DNA of 63,960 nucleotides, counting the filler, from Reticulomyxa filosa (lineage: Eukaryota; Protista; Foraminifera): the NCBI GenBank assembly GCA_000512085.1. It is 23 parts of 23 records of this genome, joined end to end, with 100 filler letters (N's around TTAATTAATTAA, not from the genome) between each part and the next. Parts side by side here need not be neighbours in the genome. Positions count along the whole stretch, not along the records: positions 10,003 to 13,590 come from ASPP01001754.1; positions 13,691 to 14,952 come from ASPP01034975.1; positions 15,053 to 21,378 come from ASPP01006242.1; positions 21,479 to 23,220 come from ASPP01008820.1; positions 23,321 to 25,035 come from ASPP01011389.1; 18 more parts are not named here. One strand, given 5' to 3'. Both the position numbers and the translations under genes were made by a program. The notes below the pieces were generated by a model. The model did no database searches. It saw nothing but the letters and a program-made list of their open reading frames with translations, and was not told the origin of the DNA. Shown one piece after another: positions 11,530-24,587 of the stretch (position 1 is its first letter; each line of letters begins with the position of its first letter).

Positions 11530-13177
11530 TTATTTTATATCAATTTTTGTTTTTTTTTTTAGATAATTTGAATCAATCAACAATGCAAACTAGAAATCAT
11601 GCAGTTTTTTGAGATATTCCCTTCCCCCTCCTCGCTCGTTCTTTTGTTCTGTTGCACCAAAATCCCTTTATTACTGTTCTTACTTTTTGCTTTTTTTTAT
11701 AGTTTGCTTTTTTCTTCTTTTTTTTTCCTTCTTTTCTTCTCTAAGTGTTTTCCACATCAATTCGACTTTGGTTTAAGTCATAAATAAAACATATGTGAAT
11801 GACCATGGTAATGGGAGAAAAAATTTTTCATCACCAACTTGTCTACAACGATTATAAAGTTGTCCAGAGGTCACAACGATCACTTGAATGATAATTTTAA
11901 TTATCACGGCCGTGAGACTAAGCGATTTTAGGGTCACTTGATACGCACCTTCAATCGCAATTTCCCATGATTAGTCTTGCATTTGTTGTTTACAATTGTA
12001 AATATACGTTTAGCAGCATCCACTTCTACTTTTTTTGTAATAATTGATGTTTTAACAAAGAAATAATTATTTTTCTTTGTTTCAATAATTTTGACTAAAA
12101 TTCTTTCGTATTTTTTTAAATAAGGTAAGCTGCGAAGTTTGCATTCGATTGTTTTCTGATTAAGTAATGTTTTACCCCAACGAAATCAAACAAAAAAGAT
12201 GGAGCTGAAGATGGCAATTCATGCTTCAATGAACAGCAGCAAAATAAAAGTATCCACAAAACGAAAAGATGTGACAGTTGAAAATTGTCAAGTCATCAAA
12301 TTTTCTGATTTTCGATTATTTTTGTTGTCAAATTCTTTTTTTAAAAAAACAAAATCATTCAATGAGATTCTATATTTTGTTATAACGTATTTCTTTTTGA
12401 AATTTCAATATTTCCTCACTTTGTTGGTTATCTGGTTGGAGTGAGTTGCCCCGATGCAAACAACAGTGCCAAAATTATGTGGGTGTTGATGCATTTTTTT
12501 TGTGTTGTTACTTATTTTCATACGGATAAAAAATGAATCAACAAATTGCTGTACAGTTCAGAAGCTTTTTCAATGATGCCGGTACCCGCTTTCTTCTTTT
12601 GAATTAAAAATAGTTAAAAGATCGACACAATCAATGCATTTTTCACTTTTGGTTTAATCTCATGATAGATATGTATATGTACATAAAACAATAGTATAAT
12701 ATTAGTTTGAGTTTGTAAACTCGAAACAGAGATATCCACGAAGCAAAGAACAAGATTGTATTGATAGCATTTATTTTGTTGAACCAACTAAAAAAATCCA
12801 AAGAAAAAAAAAGAGAAAATTTAAAAACAAAACAAAGCAAAAAAAAAAAAAAACATTGAAAGCCAATTGTGGTTTGCATGCTGTTGCAACAATGTGAACA
12901 CAAAATAATGGAGAAGAATGATTAGTATATAATGTACTTTCGATATTGTATTTATATTGTTTGTTTATTTGTTTGTATGTCAAACAAATAAAATGCCAAA
13001 AAAAAAAAAAAATGTGGAGTGCAAAATCACATTGATGGAAGCGATTTGCGAGACATCTTTTCCTTCGATGTTGAGTTTCTGAGAAAAGGCATAATTTGGA
13101 ATGAAACCGCCACGAAGACGTCGTGGAAACAAGTAAATATATAAAAGTATCGCGGAATGGCCAAAATAAAGGAAGAA

Positions 13178-13467
13178 TTACTCCTTCCACACGGCCATGG
13201 ATTGGCCATCGCCGTAATGTTGCAAATAGTACTCGGTTTTCATGACATCAAAGGAGTCATCAGGATACGTGTCTGTCATACGAACGCGATCAAATTCAGC
13301 ACGAATCAAAGGCGTGTAAATATCGGCCATGGTGCTGTCATTGACCAAAGAAGACCAGGGCGTTCTTTGCTTTTTGTCATCGGGTTCAATGCGAATATAC
13401 CTCGAGTTATAAAAGTGCCATATCCTGCCTTCTGTCTGATCGTCAAATCGATACACGTGTTTGGAAT
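13178..13467 (-). CDS. Hypothetical protein, last exon
   Basis: GC-richer open frame following an AT microsatellite intron and CAG acceptor; no family recognised. Confidence 0.55.
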
Positions 13468-13516
13468 CTGTTACAATGCAATATATAAACATATATATAA
13501 ATAAATATATAAATAA

Positions 13517-13550
<34 letters not shown>

Positions 13551-13690
13551 TATGTATTATATATATATATATATATATTATTAACAATAANNNNNNNNNN
13601 NNNNNNNNNNNNNNNNNNNNNNNNNNNNNNNNNNTTAATTAATTAANNNNNNNNNNNNNNNNNNNNNNNNNNNNNNNNNNNNNNNNNNNN

Positions 13691-14100
13691 TTTCATTGTT
13701 ACAATATCCTTGCAAATTAATGCCCGGTTTTATTTCTCCCACATTCTCATTATCTTCATTTTTTTTTACTTTTTCTGTTTTTTTTTCAACTTCTTTACTG
13801 TGTTCCTTTTCTTCAGTCTCTTTGGTCTTTATATATATACATATATATTTTAATGTGCAATTCATAAAAACAAAACATATACAATATCTCTGTAATTGCT
13901 CGTTTGTATTAAGAATGTAAAAAAATATGTACCTCTCGGCGCATCAATTTCGAGGTCAGTTGTTCAATCACCAGGACCACATTGCCATTATTCTCTTCGA
14001 GATACTTTTTCAATTCACTTTCATCAATTGCATCACCGAATAATGTCATTAGTGCCTTTATTTCTTTGATATTCTTATTTGGTTCTGTGTTATGTTGCAT
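13691..14100 (-). CDS. CUE/UBA-like domain protein followed by a PGINLQGYC motif; 3'-truncated, two exons
   Basis: IKALMTLFGDAIDESELKKYLEENNGNVVLVIEQL matches the CUE-like pattern; intron from about 13933; next exon ends GEIKPGINLQGYCNNE at the gap. Confidence 0.6.
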
Positions 14101-14902
14101 TCCTCCCGAGAGATCTCCACTCTCCTTATATATAAACCCCTCCTGTTTTGCGTCGTCGTGTGTGCAAATACACACACACACAAATTTCTTCTTTGGTCTT
14201 ATGTCAAACATAAATAACATTTATGTTTTTCAAAATGATGACCGAGACAATTGGGGGGGGGAAAAAAAAATGTTAATATGGTTGGTTACATGAACAAATT
14301 GAGTTGATATTTCTTTCTGTATTCCAACGATATGTACGTCGAATGTGTTAAAAAACTTTCGTTTCAAAATAATTGATTTTTCAATTACTATCGTTTTTAT
14401 TTAATCAAATTTTGTTTGTTTTTTTTTAACCACAAACGGAAAAACGGAGAAATAATTTTTCAAACCTGCTTTCATTATTGAGACTGTAGAGAAGTGAGTA
14501 GGTTTTTGTAGAAGATTATCTTGCAAGCAAGGTTCAATCGATTCAATCTTGTATGTCTGAAAAGAATGTTTAAGGGACACAAGTTTTTCATTGGAGGATC
14601 CTAATCATATTTGGGGCGGTGTCGTTTTTTCAACAACAAAAAATTGATTAACAGCTTGGATTCTTTTTAAGTGAATTAAATGAAATAAATGTTTCTCCTC
14701 GACCAATAAAAAAAATAGCTCAAACATTTTTCTTTTCTCATTAAACATTCCGTTTGTAAATTTTAAACTCATTTTGATATCTTCTAGATATTGTATTAAA
14801 GATTTATTTATAGTTAGAAATGATGGGTTCAATGTTTGCAAATTCTATGCAAAAGTTTGTCATGGACAGTCGTCAACTGATTGAAACAGGTGTATACATA
14901 CA

Positions 14903-14952
14903 TACAGTAGGTTGCAAAGAAAACTGAACGCATAAAACATGATAATTGATTT
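14903..14952 (+). mobile_element. Tc1/mariner-like transposon end (TA + CAGTAGGTTGCAAAGAAAACTGAACGC), copy 1
   Basis: About 36 bp near-identical to 41455-41490; begins TA|CAGT; contig breaks just inside it. Confidence 0.65.
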
Positions 14953-15121
14953 NNNNNNNNNNNNNNNNNNNNNNNNNNNNNNNNNNNNNNNNNNNNTTAA
15001 TTAATTAANNNNNNNNNNNNNNNNNNNNNNNNNNNNNNNNNNNNNNNNNNNNAAAGTAATTACCCCTGCTTTTTTTTTGTTTTTTAAAGTAATAATTTGG
15101 GTACGTATACATTGACCATAG

Positions 15122-16275
15122 AAATATCTGAGAGATACGAAACCAGTCGGAGGAGACCATAACGGAGATGAAAAGGATAAAGCAAACGAAGAGAAGACAG
15201 TATCTCGCGAGAGCTATCAAACGGATCTGTCAAAGTTGCAACATTTGCACGACGCGATTACGGCAATAATGACGAAAGAGAAATGGAGACAGATATTTGT
15301 TCGAATGTCGATTCGGTCTCCAAAAGACGCGGCATTGTCGAGCCAAAAGTTTACAAGTATTTTGAAGCGCGAATATGCGTCGCTGCGCAAGCAACAAGGG
15401 AAACTCCTCCTTCCGATTTGAACATCAAAGGCCTTTCCAAGACGAGCACTCGAGAGTGGATTTGGGCATACAATCAACGCATCATTGCTTGTTATCGCGC
15501 GCAAACATTTGCATTGGCATGCGAAAACGCAACAGAAGCCCTAATGATGCTGGTGAAGAGTCCGAGGATTCAAGGCGATATGAAGTCGTACGTTGATGGC
15601 ACCTACCAACAAAAGTTCCAATTGGTCGTTCGACAATTTGAATACTTTGATGTCTCTTTCGAATTTCGCACTTTCATTTACAAGGGAAAGATGACCGGCT
15701 TAACTCAAGTTTCACTCACGTATACATATGCATGCTACATGCATGCATGCGTGCGTGCACATGCACATATTGCAATATATTGTACATTTCTTCTCTTCTT
15801 TTTTCCACTCCTCCCCCTTTTTTATAAAAAAAAAAAATTTCTTATCTGTATGTATACGTTTTTTTTTGTTGCAACTTGGGATCAGTACAATGATCTATGC
15901 TATTTTGGCGACTTGGTGAAATATAAAGATGAAATTGCAAAGAAGTTAAATGCGATGATCGAGGTGAGTGTGAAAAAGTTGGAGATGGAAAATATGGTGT
16001 TGGATATCGTGTTGGTCGACCCTGACTACAACGTGAAGGACGAGTGGCCGCCTTTGACGTTGGAACGCTTGGAGAAACTACAAGTCAAAATCATTGAGGT
16101 CAATCCCTTGGCCGAGTTTGCTGGGGGTGGTCTCTTTGAATGGAACAAAGATAAAGATGTACTCCTCGGTGAAAAACCTTTTGAGTTTCGCATGCAAACT
16201 TCACTCAGCGCTTACACTGGTGCCGATTTAATGGACGAATGGAAACCTTTCGTTTTGGCGGAAAATTTGGATTGA
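15122..16275 (+). CDS. Cdc123/D123-like (R2K clade) ATP-grasp protein; partial, one intron, one frameshift near 15398-15420
   Basis: FVRMSIRSPKDA, LVKSPRIQGD, EFRTFIYKGKMTGLTQ|YN, VLDIV and IIEVNP..GGGLFEWNKDKDVL; GT-AG intron at about 15709-15884. Confidence 0.85.
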
Positions 16276-16725
16276 CTCATAATTAGAGGAGCTGTTGTAG
16301 ACTATTACAACTTCACTATTTTTGATTGATAAAGTGAAGATTGCAACATTCATCTCAAGTACTTTCAATTATGTTCAATTGTTCATATTCATAAAACTTA
16401 AACCAATCTATTCACTGACATTTGAGAAACAACTTTAAAATGAGTTGTCATTTTTTTTTTGCCAATTAGACTAACTTTAGTGATAAATACTTGTTTTCCT
16501 CTGCCATAAATTAACCTTCTAAAACAAAAGGATGCAATACATGTGTTGCCTAACATTGACGTTGATGGGAATTTTTTAAAATCGGAGAGGGCCCTTTTTA
16601 CACCAAACAAAAAGTACCTTAACGCTTTGCCAATGACCTTTCTACTAGACAAAAAAAAATTAAAAGAGGAAGATTCAGCAGAATCCAAAAAAAATTCCTT
16701 GGTCCATAGTACATCGAATACTGGA

Positions 16726-17286
16726 ATGGCCTCCTTTCGAAGTGAGCATGACAAAAACCAAAACCAAAACCAAAATCAAAACGAAGCAAGCTCAGCCCCA
16801 CCGCCAATGGATCCATCCAAAGACGTGGAAAAGTCAAGTGAAGACCAACTGCGTCCCTTATCAAACCTAACGAATGAGGAGGTCAGCCAATGCACACAAG
16901 AGTTAACGGATGTGGAAAGTCATGACAGAGAGACAATAGCACAGACGTTTTTGGAAATGGCAAGAAAAAAAGGATGGAAGGTCGAGCAAGATCAATTGGA
17001 TGACATTGTTGGTACATTTGCAGTTGATTCTCCTAATTGCTCTCGAACGAGTTCATATTCCAGCGCCAATCCAAAAGAACAAATTCAAATGGCATTCGAA
17101 GTTTTGGACATGAACGGCGATGGCAAAATCGATATGGACGACTTGCAACAAATGTTCGAAGGAGATAAAGCCGTCACACGCGCTCACATTGAGGCCCTAC
17201 TGCAAACTTTCGACAAAAACAACGATGGTTTTATCGATTTCCAAGAATTTGCTGAAGGCATTACTTTTGAGGATGTTGAAGAATAA
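16726..17286 (+). CDS. EF-hand calcium-binding protein
   Basis: Two canonical loops, DMNGDGKIDMDD and DKNNDGFIDFQE; probable ATG at 16726. Confidence 0.88.
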   Translation: MASFRSEHDKNQNQNQNQNEASSAPPPMDPSKDVEKSSEDQLRPLSNLTNEEVSQCTQELTDVESHDRETIAQTFLEMARKKGWKVEQDQLDDIVGTFAVDSPNCSRTSSYSSANPKEQIQMAFEVLDMNGDGKIDMDDLQQMFEGDKAVTRAHIEALLQTFDKNNDGFIDFQEFAEGITFEDVEE

Positions 17287-18479
17287 TGACCTTGCTTATT
17301 TTATTTTATTTATTTTTTTACTATTGATATTTTATTTTATTTTTAGCATTTTTATTAAGTCCCTCTTCGAGCAAAATCAAATTTTAATTAAAGTTTGTTT
17401 TCAGATGGACAACTTTTTTTAAGTTCAATTGTCAAATGTTTAAGAAAACACTTTTTAACATCATTCAATATGTCAGCATTCCATTTGATAAGTTTTGTTC
17501 CAGTAATACTGGTTTGCTTTCATCCAAAAAAGTTTCACTGTCTCAAAAATATAAAGATGCAGCAGAAAACAGATTGAAAAGAACTGATAATCCAAGTTTG
17601 TTGGACATATGCTTTGTATATTAAAGATACATTTTTATGAAATGTTACTATTCTCTTTTTCAAAAAAACATATAAAAAAGTGTCTTTAGAGTTAATTTAA
17701 ACAGCAAAAGAAAAGGGTGAACAACGACAGCTTTACCTTTTTTTAAAATTTTTTATTTGTGTGCAGGTGAGCTTTCTCAATGACACAAATAACAATAAAA
17801 TCCAAAACATTACTTTAACGAGCGCTACATAGACGTTAATGAAATGTTTGACGATTTGGTACACGACGAAACGCAAAAGCGTAAGCAGTAAATCAAACGT
17901 CGCAACTGATATTGTCAGTGTTATCAAAGTGTAAGACAATGTACAAATAATATATCTTATTGTGATATCATTAAACGTATACTATATTTCGATTTTGCCA
18001 CCAAAAAGTTATTCTAATTAACTTAAAGTTTAGCAAGCAATGGTACTCAATTGAATGTTATTTGTGTGATATGCTTATTGCTTCATGAATAAGCGCATTC
18101 ATCTGTGATAAAGGCAAATGTCAATACCACTAAGTAGTAAATTACACATAAAAGCTTCTTTTAAAAACAAGTGTAAAGTTTGTTAAATGTATTATTTTTT
18201 TTTATAGTTTGATATATATTTAATAAAAAAATTTTTGTTACAAAAAAAAAGCATACTGAAAAGCAAGCTAAAAAAATTGAATGTATAACCTTTCAAATAA
18301 ATGCAAGAGATAATATAGTACAACATATAGTAAATATATTAATATTTTTTTTGCAAAATAATGTATTTTTTAAATGTATCCAATCTTTGTAACAAATTAA
18401 ATTGTGATTAATATTAATTTCCAATGATTAAAACACAAATTAACATTATTTAATATTAAAAATTTTAAACAATTTATTC

Positions 18480-18770
18480 CAAAGTTCTATTTTTTGATAA
18501 AATATAATTTAATTTTATTTGAGCGAATATCCCAAAAACAATTGTACTATCAAATGATCCAGAACATAATACATTAGAACTATTACTAATTAAATATTAT
18601 CTATTATAAATGGTGAATATTGAACAAATGAAACGACATTTAAATGTCCTTTGAATATTTAAGTTTGTTTATTAGATCGAATATCCCATAAACAAATGCT
18701 TTTTATTACATGATCCAGATAATATTGTATTTGTACCAATATTTTCTAATATATTCGATTTTCAACTGTT
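18480..18770 (-). pseudogene. Decayed WD40-family paralog
   Basis: Remnants of NTILSGS, WDIRSNKQ, QYSPF and CSGSFDSTI..WDIRS with frameshifts and stops; homologous to 54418-55497. Confidence 0.75.
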
Positions 18771-19389
18771 TGTTATTTTTAATATTAAAAAAACGAATTG
18801 TTCAATCTTTTGATGAAGAATACTATATACACGTTCAGCATGTCCAACTTCTTTTTCCGCTTAAATAATTCTTCAATGATGTAAGCTTAAACGAAAGGGT
18901 CAAAAAAACTTTGAAGGATTTCTTTTCAACAAAAAGGTAAACAATTGCTTAAAACTAGTTGTTAGAGATAATTGTTATATTTTTGTTAATGATATTCCAA
19001 ATAATCCAAGAAATTTAAATGTGCTTTTTTCCCAGCTATTTCAATCATAAGATTAATTTTACTTTCATTTTTCTCAATTTGAACATATTCCACGTCCTTA
19101 TGTCACAGAAAAATTTTTTTTGCAAATGTGAACAAATATTATATTTAATAATTGTTGGCTGTTGAATATCCAAAAAATTGGGACAACAGATAATCAGATA
19201 ACTTAAAAAAAAAGTTTGTGAGCACAAAGCAGCTCAAGTTGTATTCGAAAATAAAATTCTTCTTTAAACATAAAATAACATGAGCTGAACAATTTCAGTG
19301 TTATTTTTACATATTATTATTATTTTTCGTTTAAAGAGAATTATAAACTCTTTTCATAATAAACTCTTCTTTTGGAATTAAGGCAGAAA

Positions 19390-19940
19390 GACAATAGAAT
19401 GGTCACGCAAATATGGGCATCCTCTGCTTGTCGCATCAGTATAATGGCAACTTTCCCATGTCTGCCTCTGTTTGCTCGATATGCAAATGGATCACTGTCT
19501 CCATCCAACATTGAACCCCTCCAAACTTTTGAGGAACGTCATGTGAAGCTTGCACTACAATAAGGATATAGTCATGTTTCCTCTACCATCTCCAATTTAT
19601 TTAAAGCCTCCAAATTGGGTATACAAACTCCATATCTTCTATGGCATTCGATAGAACATTTATTGATAATTTGTTGTTGCACAATAATTTCAATGATTCC
19701 TCCTACCAACCCCTTTTAACAGGGTTTATACTTTGCACAGGCATCTCCACTCCCAAAATAAATCTCCTTCAACATCGTGCCTTCTCCATACAATTGACCG
19801 TTCTTCCCATGGCCATTCGAAAAATTGAATAGCCACTCTTTTATGTCATGATTTGCACCTCCACCTCTACGTAGCTCAAATTCGAAATCGTGCCATTTGC
19901 CATTCTTAAGCTTTGTTTTTTTATTTTCAGCCACTAACAA
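19390..19940 (-). pseudogene. Decayed member of the glycine-rich 'GGIIELII' family
   Basis: YGEGTMLKEIYFGSG...GGIIEIIVQQQIINKCSIEC with in-frame stops; matches the intact-looking fragment at 25136. Confidence 0.6.
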
Positions 19941-20675
19941 AAAATATATACCATTTATTAATTTTGCAGTTCTTCATTTGAATGCAGCTAGTTGCCATCA
20001 TCTCACAAATTTTTCCTGTTGACAGTTGAGAGGAGGATTTCTCTTCCTTTTTTTTGGCGTTCTGGCTTTATCTGATTTTCTGACGGTTGAATCTGTTTGT
20101 GGGTTTGCCTTTTCAACGGATATCATCATTATTCTTTTAATAAACTCGAATTATATGCAACAAAAATTTTCAATCTCGAACAGGGGGCGACAAAAGTTCG
20201 CTTATGGTCGTTTCTTTTTTTGTGTTAGAAATGAAATACAAATTACTTGGAAAAAAAGTAAATCGAGAAAAATAAAAATAAAAACAAAGTTTGCAATGTG
20301 ACTAAAAACGTAGCAAGATCTGATTGGAAACGCTGTGAAGGAATGTATTGGAATTGATTAGAATTCGAGATAGGAGAAATAAGGTCAGAAGAGGGAAGGG
20401 AAAAAAAAAACAGTTTTTGAGGTTGAATTGTGTGTACGTTATTTTACAATGTCACAAACATTTCTTTACAAAAACAAAAAAACGCAGTAACTTGACTTTT
20501 GTGCACAAAAAGTAAAAAAAGGAAAGAAAAAAAAGCAAAAATAAAACCCAAACAAATTGTTTTGTTCTCATCAACAACAAATAAACTAAGCAATCAATCA
20601 AACAATTACAAAGGAAAAAAAAACTTTTGATTTCAATTGGTGAAATTTGTTATCCTCTTTCTCTATCTCTCTTTC

Positions 20676-20734
<59 letters not shown>

Positions 20735-20748
20735 AGAGCAGTGAAGTG

Positions 20749-21227
20749 TTAAGGATGAAGCGGCTTAACATAGTCCACAAAGCTGCGATAAGCAGCTGTT
20801 GTGACAAAGCGTGAATACGAGTGTCGCATTAACCGAGATAACTCTTTCAACACAGGATCGAACAAAAAGACAAAATCCGAAAGGGACATGAGATCGAAAG
20901 GATTTACTTGTTGATTTTGTGTGTCACATTGCGGACGACGATATTGTTGCAAGAGCGTCACATATTTCATTCTCATTTCATAAGCCAGATTCACTTCATA
21001 TTGTGATCCCACAGCAATGTACTTTTCGATCAACGATATTGCCTTTTGCGCGTCGCAGACTTGATCATTGTTCACAATCGACGATTGAGGTAGCCCTGCA
21101 TTTAACACAAAATGGTCGCCGAAAGAGTCTGTTACATCCACATCGCTCTGTTGTTGCCATTTCCGCTTGGCCATCTCACGAAACTGACCCAATTCCAAAT
21201 AGCACAGCAAATTTTCCGATGCAAACT
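20749..21227 (-). CDS. RGS domain, C-terminal exon (probably of a TM-RGS protein)
   Basis: EFASENLLCYLELGQF...LIEKYIAVGSQYEVNL...LFDPVLKELSRLMRHSYSRF. Confidence 0.88.
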
Positions 21228-21517
21228 CTTTTTTTTTTTATTATTATTCTATTTCAACTTACATACGTATACAGCACGTAGCATACGTTGCACGCATCAC
21301 GTACTTTTTTTTTTTTTTCCATTTTTGTATCAGTCTCTAATACTTATAAGTGCACATACGTATACAAAACAACAACAANNNNNNNNNNNNNNNNNNNNNN
21401 NNNNNNNNNNNNNNNNNNNNNNTTAATTAATTAANNNNNNNNNNNNNNNNNNNNNNNNNNNNNNNNNNNNNNNNNNNNTATACATATATATATACATATA
21501 TACATATATATATGCAG

Positions 21518-22259
21518 GTGAAGCTAGCGAGGTGGTGATAGGCGAGATCCATCCGCAAACTTGGTACATAACGCAGACGCATTGTGGGGTGTTTACGCAC
21601 AAGTGGCTTGCGCTGTGCAACGGGGTGCCGAAAAAGATGAGTTCGGTGGCTGAGATGTGCGGCTCTTTTGTGATGTTGAACCGCAGCGTGGAGTGGGACG
21701 AGAAAAATAGCTTGCCGATGTCAAATGTGAAGCCGTCGCATGCGAGCCAGGTCGAAAACACGCTGATTTGCGTGCCGACGTATGGTGGTGCCGAGGACGA
21801 TGATGACGACGACGACGACGACGGCGGCGAGAGCGATGAAGATGCAAAGGACAATGCCAATGGAAAAGCTAGGAAGAAAAAAATGGAGATACAAATGACT
21901 CATCGCTGGAAGAGTTTGTAAAGACGCTCAGCGTTTCGTTTGACGAAAAGTCTATCGCTCAGCAACAGCAGCAACATCAACATCATCGATTGCTGGAGGT
22001 CGTACCGGACAAACACGAACCTGTCAAGCCCCGACTCTCGCATGTGCAAAAGCCGTCTGTCAGACGTATCAATTTGCTGGAGTCGATCAAAAAAAGTGAT
22101 GTCAACTTGAAACATGCCAAACAAAAAACCAAATTCCATTCTGTCACCAACTCCAGAGGCTTTGGGCTTGAGAAAAAATTAAAACAAATTCGACAAATGG
22201 TTAATGGAGATAATGAAAATGATGCTGAATATGACAATGAAGAAACTGATTGGTCATAA
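21518..22259 (+). CDS. Protein ending in a WH2-central-acidic (WCA/VCA) module; last exon, 1-nt frameshift in A-run 21877-21883
   Basis: RINLLESIKKSDVNLKHA (WH2), LEKKLKQIRQMV (C helix) and DNENDAEYDNEETDWS* (acidic with penultimate Trp). Confidence 0.72.
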
Positions 22260-23185
22260 TCAGATACACTTGTGGTCCTTATCGCATCCAATTTTTTTTT
22301 TCCTTTCTTTCTAAAGTTAGAGAAAGGGAGAAAAATATATTATTTGTCAATATTATCACTATCATTGTCATTAACAATTCTTCAATTGCCAAAAAAAAAA
22401 AAAATTAAGTCAATAGTGGTGAATCATTTTCGTTGTTTTCTTTCTTTTTTTCCGGAATACGCTCTTTTGTGATGTCCTGATTTTGCTTCGAAACATTTTT
22501 TTTCTTCATCAGCTTCTTAAAATTTTTGTATCTGCGTGTGGAAGTCACATATTGATTTCCCATAAATCAACAAAAAATCAATTATCCTTTTTTTTCTAAT
22601 CAATTTTGAGTATCAATCACTTAGTCCCTAATATTTTTGGGAACTGAAAAAAATACCAGTTTGAAATCCTTGAATAAAAGATTCAAAGATTTTTGCTCAT
22701 TCACATTCCCCAAGTTGCTCAATGAAATCAATAGCCAAAAAAAGACCCTTGGAGGATCCCATTCAACCTCCCTCTCAAAGACCGAATGTGTGTTTCCGTT
22801 CTCGAAAAAAGGATAAGGTTCTGAGAACTTGCCTTTAAAAATGTATGTTTGAACGAACTAATCATAGACTGGATTCAACCCACCAAAAGTGTTAAATGTG
22901 AAGTTATTGAACCAAAACACGAAAAAAACAGAACAAAAAGGAAAGAAGAAGAAAGAAGCAGAAGATTCAAAAAATAAAATCGAGGAAATATTATCGAAAA
23001 GCAAAGCAATGGCATCCGAAAAGCCAAAGAACGGGTTTAGGCCAGTGGGAGTAGCGGACGCAGGTTGGTGACTAAAACATGACCAAAGAGATGATGCATA
23101 AATAGGAGTCTGTTTTGGCATTTGAATGTGTGTTTCCCTTTTTAAAAGAGGGAGCGAATAGTTTGTATTACAACAAACGACCAAA

Positions 23186-23220
<35 letters not shown>

Positions 23221-24587
23221 NNNNNNNNNNNNNNNNNNNNNNNNNNNNNNNNNNNNNNNNNNNNTTAATTAATTAANNNNNNNNNNNNNNNNNNNNNNNN
23301 NNNNNNNNNNNNNNNNNNNNTACATGTTTTGCGATAATGCGTTAGTTTTTTTAAAATTATCCCCCCTTTTTTTTTCTTTCAGTGATCCTCTCTTCTTTGA
23401 TGACATAGTAACAATCGTTTTTTTTTTTTTTTGAGTACCTGAAGTATGTGTGCGAGTCTGCACCTCTTGGTTCAAATGCAATCGCGTCGCTGTAGGCTTT
23501 TATTGCCTTTTCGTACTCTTTCGCCGCAAAGAAACTATTGCCACGCTTTTTTGCCTCACTTGCCTATTTGATCCAAACAAATCCAATTATGCTAAATAAT
23601 GGAGGAAAAACAAACGGTTCGTAAATCATTAGATATGTCCACTTTAACTTCAGCTGACATCACGATTTATGCAACTTCAAATTATCCCTCTCAAAAACCT
23701 CGCAGAGTGCACGCAATTGAAGGGCGTCCCCCCTTTGTCGGTTTGTTCGAAGAAAAACTTCACAACAATAAATATAGTTTTTTTGGTGACCGGAGGAAAG
23801 TGAATCCTGTACAATCTAAAATTTTGGGTATTAACTGTAAATTTTTTTCTTAGAGGAGCCTATGACAAAACGTTTGTCCTTTGAAACTGGGGAGTATGTT
23901 ACAAAAAAATAATGTGCGAAAAAGAAATGGTTCAATTGTTGCAAATACTTGGAGAAGCTGTTGTATTTGTATAGCCAGAGACTACGTAGAAAACAAACGA
24001 CACTGCAGTCATGCGAAAGAATCTTAATGGATATGTTTGTTTTTGTGTAAAAATCCCACAATCCCCATGTTATTGGATACTTGTCCCCAAAAAAAAAAAA
24101 AAGGCTGTCCTTTTAATCCAAAGAAAATCCTTTTTTCCTAGAATAGTTTTTCTCAAAGGAAAAGGAGAGAGAGGGGGGAAAAAAAGGGGAAAAAAAAACA
24201 AAATGTGTAAAGCCACTTACAAAAGTGGCGGGGAAGGAAGGTGTAATTTGTCCAATGATCCCTACCACAACTTCCTAAATCCCCTCCCCTTCCAAAAAAA
24301 AAGGAAAAAAGGCCACAAACAAAAAAAAAATCATAAACAAAAAAAAAATCATAAACAAAAAGAAAAGAAAAAAACACAATCACTACAGTGAGACCATATA
24401 TAACTTTTATTATAAAAAAAAGGAAGGGAGAAAAAAAAGCTGGCGTAGTTTTTTTTTTCCCTCCCCCCCCTCCACAAAAAAAAACAACAAAAGTGGTGTC
24501 CCCCGTCCGGTAGAGAAGAATAATGGAAAGGGAATTTAAAAAAAAATTGGTTTAAAAAAAGGGGGGGGGAGGGGGGGAGGTTGGCGT

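Noticed and set aside
24150-24580. G/C and A homopolymer mosaics, possible G-quadruplex, short tandem repeat CATAAACAAAAAAAAAAT
   Set aside because: This looks like low-quality read sequence or intronic low complexity, with no supportable function.
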